IMG/VR virus record: IMGVR_UViG_3300014204_000122
Span: 72,570-136,569 of that record
Origin: a virus
Lineage: Duplodnaviria; Caudoviricetes
DNA length: 64,000 nt
Direction: 5' to 3' (one strand)
Of the stretch, positions 50,568-56,774 are shown in pieces. Numbering within the stretch: position 1 is the first letter of the stretch; each line of letters starts with the position of its first letter. The notes under the pieces were generated by a model. That model was given only the letters and a program-made list of their open reading frames with translations, had not been told where the DNA came from and did no database searches. Both the position numbers and the translations under genes were made by a program.

Positions 50568-50841
50568 CATGATATTTTTCACTAGGTTTTGTTAATCTGA
50601 CAAAATAATAAACCTTTAAACATATTAAATAAAAAGTCAGAATAGTTTAATATGGGTTTTAAGACGGTTTAAGCGCCGATAAATTATTCATTCAGTGGAA
50701 AGTAAAGTTTAGTTGTGTAGCATTGTAATTATTTATAATGAATTAAATTTTATGGACTCCGAGATGATCATATATATAGAAAGGTATATAATTTTACAAG
50801 TAGAAGGCTTGTTATTAAAACTTATTTTTTTTAAGAAATAT

Positions 50842-50917
50842 TCCTCTGTAGCTATTAATTGGTTAGAGCGATAAATTGTTAATTTGGGGGTTGTTGGTTC
50901 GAGTCCAACTGGAGGAG
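50842..50917 (+). tRNA. tRNA-Asn(GTT), weak anticodon stem
   Basis: ATAAA-TTGTTAA-TTTGG; TCCTCTG/TGGAGGA-G. Confidence 0.8.
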
Positions 50918-50928
50918 CAAAATAAAAT

Positions 50929-51001
50929 GGATGAGTGGCGTAATTGGTAGCGCAATTGACTGTTAATCAATAGGTTATGGGATCGTACCCCATCTCATCC
51001 G
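50929..51001 (+). tRNA. tRNA-Asn(GTT)
   Basis: ATTGA-CTGTTAA-TCAAT. Confidence 0.9.
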
Positions 51002-51013
51002 CAAACAAAAAAT

Positions 51014-51088
51014 GCCTTGATAGCGCAGGTGGTCAGTTCGCGCTGGACTGAAAATCCAGAGATAGTGGTTCAACTCCACTTCAGGGCA
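51014..51088 (+). tRNA. tRNA-Phe(GAA)
   Basis: CTGGA-CTGAAAA-TCCAG. Confidence 0.9.
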
Positions 51089-51101
51089 CATAAAATAAAA
51101 C

Positions 51102-51186
51102 GCACGAATAGCACGTAACTGGAAGCGTCCTTCTCTTCTAAAGAAGTGACTTTATGTTCTTGAAGGTTCGAATCCTTCTTCGTGTA
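51102..51186 (+). tRNA. tRNA-Arg(TCT) with long variable arm
   Basis: CTTCT-CTTCTAA-AGAAG. Confidence 0.82.
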
Positions 51187-51213
51187 CAATTAAAATAATA
51201 GTTATTATAAAAT

Positions 51214-51284
51214 AGATCTATGGTGTAGTGGTAACATTTTGAGCTCCAACCTCAACGTCCTGCGTTCGAATCGTAGTGGGTCTG
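51214..51284 (+). tRNA. tRNA-Trp(CCA)
   Basis: TTGAG-CTCCAAC-CTCAA. Confidence 0.88.
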
Positions 51285-51302
51285 CAAAAAAATAAAACAT
51301 AT

Positions 51303-51387
51303 GTCACGTTCGACTAGCGGTCCAGGTCGCCAGGTTTTCATCCTGGTTAGAGAAATCTTAACATCGGTTCAAATCCGATACGTGATA
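51303..51387 (+). tRNA. tRNA-Glu(TTC) with long variable arm
   Basis: CCAGG-TTTTCAT-CCTGG; TTAGAGAAATCTTAAC variable region. Confidence 0.85.
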
Positions 51388-51411
51388 CTGTAGATAAAAT
51401 AAATAAAATAA

Positions 51412-51483
51412 CACCCGTTCGACAAGTGGTTAAGTCGTCAGGTTTTCAACCTGGAGTCACGAGTTCAAATCTCGTACGGGTGA
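51412..51483 (+). tRNA. tRNA-Glu(TTC)
   Basis: TCAGG-TTTTCAA-CCTGG. Confidence 0.9.
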
Positions 51484-51489
51484 CTAAAT

Positions 51490-51561
51490 AGTTCGGTGGT
51501 ACAATGGTGGTATAACTCGTTGTCTGCGAGATGGTTAGGGGTTCAAGTCCCCTCCGAACTG
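51490..51561 (+). tRNA. tRNA-Asp(GTC)
   Basis: CTCG-TTGTCTG-CGAG; G73. Confidence 0.82.
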
Positions 51562-51686
51562 CAATAAATTAAATAAATAAATAAAAATTAAATTATAAGT
51601 AAAATGAAAAAACAAATTAAGCAAGTCAAACTTTAGAACAACACCTCTATCAAGGATACGTGTTGTAAAAATTAAAAAATTACAAT

Positions 51687-51759
51687 GCGTTCGTAGCTCA
51701 ATTGGTGGAGCACTCGACTTTTGATCGAGGGGCTGTGAGTTCAATTCTCACCGGACGTA
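51687..51759 (+). tRNA. tRNA-Lys(TTT)
   Basis: CTCGA-CTTTTGA-TCGAG. Confidence 0.9.
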
Positions 51760-51766
51760 CAAGTAT

Positions 51767-51858
51767 GCGTTTGTTCGCTTAGCCCGGTCGAAAGCACCAC
51801 TCTTTTAAAGTGGATAGTTATTATAACTACATCGTAGGTTCAAATCCTACCAGACGTA
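51767..51858 (+). tRNA. tRNA-Lys(TTT) with long variable arm
   Basis: CCACT-CTTTTAA-AGTGG; TAGTTA-TTA-TAACTA arm. Confidence 0.85.
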
Positions 51859-51869
51859 CTTAATTATAT

Positions 51870-51945
51870 AGAGGTATAGCTCAGCCCGGTTTAGAGCAAC
51901 TCTTTTACACAGAGAAGGTCGTTGGTTCGAATCCAGCTATCTCTA
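51870..51945 (+). tRNA. tRNA-Val(TAC)
   Basis: CTCT-TTTACAC-AGAG. Confidence 0.9.
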
Positions 51946-51958
51946 CAAAAAAATAAAT

Positions 51959-52030
51959 GGTCTATTGGTGTTAATGGTAACATGCTACACTGTCTATGTA
52001 GTGCTTTCGGTTCGAATCCGTGATAGACCG
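51959..52030 (+). tRNA. tRNA-Asp(GTC)
   Basis: CTACA-CTGTCTA-TGTAG. Confidence 0.87.
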
Positions 52031-52040
52031 CACAATATAT

Positions 52041-52115
52041 TGGAATATAGCTCAGCCCGGTCAGAGCGCGAAACTGATACTTTCGATGTCGGGGGTTCAA
52101 ATCCCTCTATTCCAA
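52041..52115 (+). tRNA. tRNA-Ile(GAT)
   Basis: CGAAA-CTGATAC-TTTCG. Confidence 0.92.
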
Positions 52116-52193
52116 CATTTTAAAGTAATAATTAATTAAAAAAAATAAAAAAATGAAAACAATAATTGGAGGTGACAGCTTGGTCGCGATTTA

Positions 52194-52670
52194 ATGAAAG
52201 AACAAAGAATTCAACTTAAAAAGAAACAAATTGATAGTAAAAATCATAGAAAGTTACAAAAATATTCTACTAATTTTAATGAAATATTTTCTTTTTTTTT
52301 AAAAAGCTATAGAAAAGGAATTTTAACCTTTTGTGGATCAAACGTTGAAGTAGATTTTGATTATAATGAAGGAAACAGTAAGTTTTGTTTTAGAAAGTAT
52401 GATAATGGTGAATATAAGTTCCAATCTATTAAATCTAAACATCCAAATATTTTAAAATCAGTAATTATAGGAAAGAAAAGTTGGGGATTATTTTTACAAC
52501 AATGGTCAGATGGTATAGTTGATTGGAGTTTTACAGAAGAAGAAATTTTACAAGAGTTTAAAGATAATAATATAACAATTCCTGAACCTTTGTTAAAAGA
52601 TTTTCGTAATGTTATTTTAAAAAAGAAAATTAAAAGAAATGATGAATATTTAAAAAACTGGAGGTTATAA
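52194..52670 (+). CDS. Hypothetical protein embedded in tRNA operon 3
   Basis: 158-aa ORF; TAATG-coupled to a 13-aa mini-ORF at 52153. Confidence 0.7.
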   Translation: MKEQRIQLKKKQIDSKNHRKLQKYSTNFNEIFSFFLKSYRKGILTFCGSNVEVDFDYNEGNSKFCFRKYDNGEYKFQSIKSKHPNILKSVIIGKKSWGLFLQQWSDGIVDWSFTEEEILQEFKDNNITIPEPLLKDFRNVILKKKIKRNDEYLKNWRL

Positions 52671-52868
52671 ATGAAATTAAAAACATTAGAAGAAAAGGAA
52701 GATTATTTAAAACAATTAGCAAAAGAAAGAAATTATAAAAATCTTAATTTAACATTAAATCCAAATAAAAATATTACAAAAGAAATGATCATAGATGATT
52801 TAATATTTTTATTTGAATTAAAAAGAGATAAGAAAATGAAATTAATTTTTACAACTAAAGGTAAATAA
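52671..52868 (+). CDS. Small hypothetical protein
   Basis: Abuts previous ORF. Confidence 0.55.
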   Translation: MKLKTLEEKEDYLKQLAKERNYKNLNLTLNPNKNITKEMIIDDLIFLFELKRDKKMKLIFTTKGK

Positions 52869-52945
52869 TTTTTAAAGAAGTATTTGTGAACATTAACACA
52901 ATGGTAGTAAAAATGTTGATTTTCGGTAATAAGAACCGTTTTTTA

Positions 52946-53019
52946 GGAGAATTAACTCAGCTGACTAGAGTACCTACCTTGCACGTAGGAGGTCATCGGT
53001 TTGAATCCGATATTCTCCA
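52946..53019 (+). tRNA. tRNA-Ala(TGC) (A3-U70 rather than G3-U70)
   Basis: CCTAC-CTTGCAC-GTAGG; GGAGAAT/ATTCTCC-A. Confidence 0.85.
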
Positions 53020-53027
53020 CAAATAAT

Positions 53028-53099
53028 GCAAGAGTAGCTCAGGGATAGAGCGATTGATTACCAATCAATAGGTCGGGATTTTGAAACTCCTCTCTTGCT
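53028..53099 (+). tRNA. tRNA-Gly(ACC)
   Basis: ATTGA-TTACCAA-TCAAT; G1-C72, C2-G71, U73; imperfect T stem. Confidence 0.75.
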
Positions 53100-53209
53100 C
53101 AAATTTTCTCTCCCAAAACAAGATAAATAGGTAGGAGGTAGGTGTGTTAAATCTTTTAACATAAATTTTAAAGTTTTTCTTTTAATTTATCTTGTTTTTT
53201 ATTATTTTT

Positions 53210-53282
53210 GCAAAATGTAGCTTAATTGGCTAAAGCACTTGTCTTCCAAACAGGGGATGCGGATCGTACCCGACATTTTGCT
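53210..53282 (+). tRNA. tRNA-Gly(TCC), apparent 8-bp acceptor and short T stem
   Basis: CTTGT-CTTCCAA-ACAGG; GCAAAATG/CATTTTGC-T. Confidence 0.8.
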
Positions 53283-53317
53283 CATTTAGTTGTAGGATCT
53301 ATAAAACCTTCATATTT

Positions 53318-53390
53318 GCCGAAATAACACAATTGGTAGTGTAGTTGATTTGTAATCAACAGGTTAGGAGTTCAAATCTCCTTTTCGGCT
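53318..53390 (+). tRNA. tRNA-Thr(TGT)
   Basis: GTTGA-TTTGTAA-TCAAC. Confidence 0.9.
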
Positions 53391-53401
53391 CAAAATTATA
53401 T

Positions 53402-53484
53402 TGCGGTGTGCCTGAAGTTGGTATCAGTGAGGTCTCATAAACCTCTGTCGTTTGACCTCGCGGGTTCGAGTCCCGCTGCCGCAA
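53402..53484 (+). tRNA. tRNA-Met(CAT) with extended variable region
   Basis: GAGGT-CTCATAA-ACCTC. Confidence 0.8.
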
Positions 53485-53494
53485 CAAAAAATAT

Positions 53495-53568
53495 GCACAT
53501 ATGCTCGAGTGGTTTATGGGGCTGGTCTGCAAAACCAGTATTCGATGGTTCAAATCCATCTATGTGCT
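53495..53568 (+). tRNA. tRNA-Cys(GCA)
   Basis: CTGGT-CTGCAAA-ACCAG; U73. Confidence 0.9.
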
Positions 53569-53698
53569 CAAAAATATACCAATATGCTTATTTTTTCTTA
53601 TTTTATTTAAAAGATGTTTAAAATTTTTGAAGGTAATAAATAAATTCTTATTTTTAAACTATAAATATAAATGATAGAAAAGAATAAATCAAAAAAAT

Positions 53699-54658
53699 AT
53701 GAGTACAAAAAAAACTACCGACTTTGTTATACCTAATGAATTAGAATCTATTACTCAAGAAATGTTAATAGAATATTGTTTAACACAACCATTTCCAGGA
53801 AGTGCAAAATGGGAATCTCAAAACCCAATATGGGATGCATTTTTGCCTGGAAGTATGTCACCTAGAGATGCTTGGTTTGATAGAGATAAAATAACTAAAG
53901 CAGTTAAGAATATGTATTGGATAATAGGGAAAGGCGAAAAAGAAGGTAAATATTATGATTTTAATCAAAAACATAGAGATTCTTTAAAAACTTGTATTGT
54001 AGAGAATAATAAAATTACACATGCTGATATTGGTATATTGTATAAAGTTTTAACTCGATTTACGGTAGCAAAAATTGCTCCTAAAGTTACTGCCTTACGT
54101 TATTATAACATGTACAATATTATAAAAGAATCTAACATAGATATTTCTTCTGGAGTGTATATGCCAATGGCAGGTTTTGGAGGAATTAAAGAGGCAGCTG
54201 AAGTTTGGTATAAAGAAAATAAAATACAAAAACAAAAAGATAATTGGGATTATTTAATTGAAACTTATGATATAAACGCTAGTTTTTGCAATTATTATGG
54301 TTGGGAAAAGCGTGATATGCTAGCTCAGGTTATAGAAACCGATAAAACTTGTTTAGTTTGTCCTCCTTTTGGAAAAAAATATGAACATTGGAAAGGAACT
54401 CCTGATGATATGGCAGATATAACATTTATAGAATGGTATGATTTAATAAAAAAACATGTAAAAGCAAAAAACTATATAATTGTTGGTCCTGAGATTGATT
54501 TTACAAATAGTGGTTCAAACAAAGGGGTAGACTCTGAAGGAAATAGACGCTGTAGTTTATTCTCTAAAACTGTTGGGATAATGTTGTGGACGGATGAAAT
54601 GATAGCTTTTTTTAAAAATAATAAAGAAGCTAGAGTTAAAGCAGGAATTAAAGAATAA
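53699..54658 (+). CDS. Putative DNA methyltransferase-like protein
   Basis: VYMPMAGFGG (SAM motif I-like), YDIN, VCPPF (motif IV-like). Confidence 0.5.
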   Translation: MSTKKTTDFVIPNELESITQEMLIEYCLTQPFPGSAKWESQNPIWDAFLPGSMSPRDAWFDRDKITKAVKNMYWIIGKGEKEGKYYDFNQKHRDSLKTCIVENNKITHADIGILYKVLTRFTVAKIAPKVTALRYYNMYNIIKESNIDISSGVYMPMAGFGGIKEAAEVWYKENKIQKQKDNWDYLIETYDINASFCNYYGWEKRDMLAQVIETDKTCLVCPPFGKKYEHWKGTPDDMADITFIEWYDLIKKHVKAKNYIIVGPEIDFTNSGSNKGVDSEGNRRCSLFSKTVGIMLWTDEMIAFFKNNKEARVKAGIKE

Positions 54659-54707
54659 TACACATAAAAATGTATTACAATATGAAAAAATTTTATAATT
54701 GTTTATA

Positions 54708-54770
54708 GATTTTTATAAGATTTTTATAAGATTTTTATAAGATTTTTATAAGATTTTTATAAGATTTTTA
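54708..54770. repeat. Tandem 11-bp repeat (GATTTTTATAA)x5 plus a partial unit
   Basis: Perfect units without spacers between convergent genes. Confidence 0.9.
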
Positions 54771-54813
54771 GATCATATATTACCAATATGTAAATTTTTT
54801 TTCTTTATTCATT

Positions 54814-55128
54814 TTAATATTTTATATTTAAAAATTTTGCCACAGTATCAAATTGTTTATAACTCATCCAATCAATCCACAAAATCCAATTATATTTCTC
54901 GCTAGGTTTTGTTAAAGGTATAATTTTTTTGCCATTACTTAAAAAATCAATATTGTTTTCTAATTCTTCTTTAGTAATACCATTCATGAAAATTCGATCT
55001 TCTTGAAAATCAAAATCTATTTTTTGCTGATTTATATTTTCCCTCAAAATTACTTTCTTACCAGAAATTCTTTCTATTTTTTCGGTAAGTAATTGTATCT
55101 CTAATTGTTTTTCTTTTTCTGTTTTCAT
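54814..55128 (-). CDS. Tagged hypothetical protein
   Basis: N-terminal tag. Confidence 0.85.
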   Translation of the reverse strand: MKTEKEKQLEIQLLTEKIERISGKKVILRENINQQKIDFDFQEDRIFMNGITKEELENNIDFLSNGKKIIPLTKPSEKYNWILWIDWMSYKQFDTVAKFLNIKY

Positions 55129-55143
55129 TATTTTTTAAATTTT

Positions 55144-55983
55144 TTATTTAACATTAGAAGATCCGACACGTATAAATTTTCCAACATTATTAGCATCTTT
55201 TGTTTTTAGAACTATAGTTGTTTTTTCATCACTTTCTAGTTTTGTAATTGTATATTTAGAGGGATATCCGTTATTAGATTTTTCTATAACTTGATATTTT
55301 TCTTTAGTATCTTTATTTGTAAAAAGATGAACAGCTTTATAACTCCAAGATCCCACATTACGTGTTGTATGACTATCTTCTTGTGTTAAAACAAATCCAG
55401 CTTTTTTAAATTCATATTTTAAATTCTCCCACTTGTCTTCACCAGCAATTCCAGTAAACATTTCTTCTTCTTTTAAAATTACTTTTTGATTAGAAATTTT
55501 TTGAAGTTTTTCTATAAGCAGTTTTAATTTTTTAATTGTATTTTCATCAAATACATATCCTAATTCTAGTTCTTTATAACCATATGCCTGTTGTGATATA
55601 TCTTGAAGAGTAGAGAGTAAATTTTTAAGAGAAAAATCCTCTATATCATCTAATTTATAAGACCAATTTTTATCTTTACGCAATAAAGAAAATGTATTTT
55701 TAGTAACATTATATTCTATAATAAATTTTTCAGAACCAAATATTAATTTAATTATATCGTTTTGTTTATTAATAGATGTAATTTTTAACTTACTTGATAA
55801 TCCCGGAACTTCATACTCATCGTTATTTTTTAAATCATTTAACCAAGATTCTAATTCATCTTGAGCTTCTAATAAACGAGGACTACTTAAAACTTTTGTA
55901 GGCAACCATTCTTTTAATAAAATTTTATTAGACAATAATTGTAATTTTTCTTTAAGTAATTTTAATTCTTGTTTTTTGTTCAT
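55144..55983 (-). CDS. Hypothetical protein with two degenerate tag copies
   Basis: MNKKQELKLLKEKLQLLSNKILLKE...KLLIEKLQKISNQKVILKEE; ATG 55983 preferred. Confidence 0.8.
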   Translation of the reverse strand: MNKKQELKLLKEKLQLLSNKILLKEWLPTKVLSSPRLLEAQDELESWLNDLKNNDEYEVPGLSSKLKITSINKQNDIIKLIFGSEKFIIEYNVTKNTFSLLRKDKNWSYKLDDIEDFSLKNLLSTLQDISQQAYGYKELELGYVFDENTIKKLKLLIEKLQKISNQKVILKEEEMFTGIAGEDKWENLKYEFKKAGFVLTQEDSHTTRNVGSWSYKAVHLFTNKDTKEKYQVIEKSNNGYPSKYTITKLESDEKTTIVLKTKDANNVGKFIRVGSSNVK

Positions 55984-55999
55984 TCTTAAAATAGATATT

Positions 56000-56242
56000 T
56001 TACTTATAAGGATTAATTTCTTTTTCATCTACAAATAAATGTCTTTCACCTTGATATTTAAACAATAGTTTTTTAATATCATTAACAATAGAGTTTTTTA
56101 TAAAACCCTCACCATCTATATGTATATTAACTATTCCGAAAAATTCTTCACGTTCTTTTAAAACTACTTTCTTTCCAGATATTTTTTGAATTTTCTCTGT
56201 AAGCAATTGTATTTCTAATTGTTTTTCTTTTTCTGATTTCAT
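56000..56242 (-). CDS. Tagged hypothetical protein
   Basis: N-terminal tag. Confidence 0.8.
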   Translation of the reverse strand: MKSEKEKQLEIQLLTEKIQKISGKKVVLKEREEFFGIVNIHIDGEGFIKNSIVNDIKKLLFKYQGERHLFVDEKEINPYK

Positions 56243-56279
56243 TTATTATACTATTTATACAATTAAATATAAAAAAGAA

Positions 56280-56501
56280 TTATTTTTCTTTTATTTTATT
56301 AGAATTTTCTTCAAAAGGACTTTTAGTTGTTATAGTTCCATCAGCTAACTCATAGTATATTTTATTATCTATGGAATAAACCAAAGGTATACCCTTTTTT
56401 TTATTTTCTTCTTGTATATTTTTAATAGCTTTATTTCCTATTGCTTCTATTTCAAATCCTTTTAAATAAAGATTTAAATCAGAAAATATTTTAACTTCCA
56501 T
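56280..56501 (-). CDS. Small hypothetical protein
   Basis: NKKKGIPLVYSIDNKIYYELADG; plausible coding. Confidence 0.6.
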   Translation of the reverse strand: MEVKIFSDLNLYLKGFEIEAIGNKAIKNIQEENKKKGIPLVYSIDNKIYYELADGTITTKSPFEENSNKIKEK

Positions 56502-56774
56502 TTATTTTGTTTTAATTAAAAAATACTTTTTAGCATTTCTTTTTTTTAAATATAAATTTAAAATAATTAAATTTATTGATTAAAAATAGGAATAATTTTA
56601 ATACTATCCTATTTTATTAGAAAAGTTTTAGTTAAATAAAAATACATGATGTTTTTTTGATTTTTAAATGAAATTTTTCTAAAAAACAATTGTTTTTTAG
56701 AAAATACCATATTTAAAGATAAATAGATAGTATATCTTAGATTTATACAAGTTTAAAAAATAAAAAATATATAA

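Noticed and set aside
51535-53621. ORFs 51535-51744, 51891-52100, 53356-53559 and 53406-53621
   Set aside because: They overlap clear tRNA cloverleaves
54708-54770. Possible CRISPR array
   Set aside because: 11-bp units with no spacers; no cas genes
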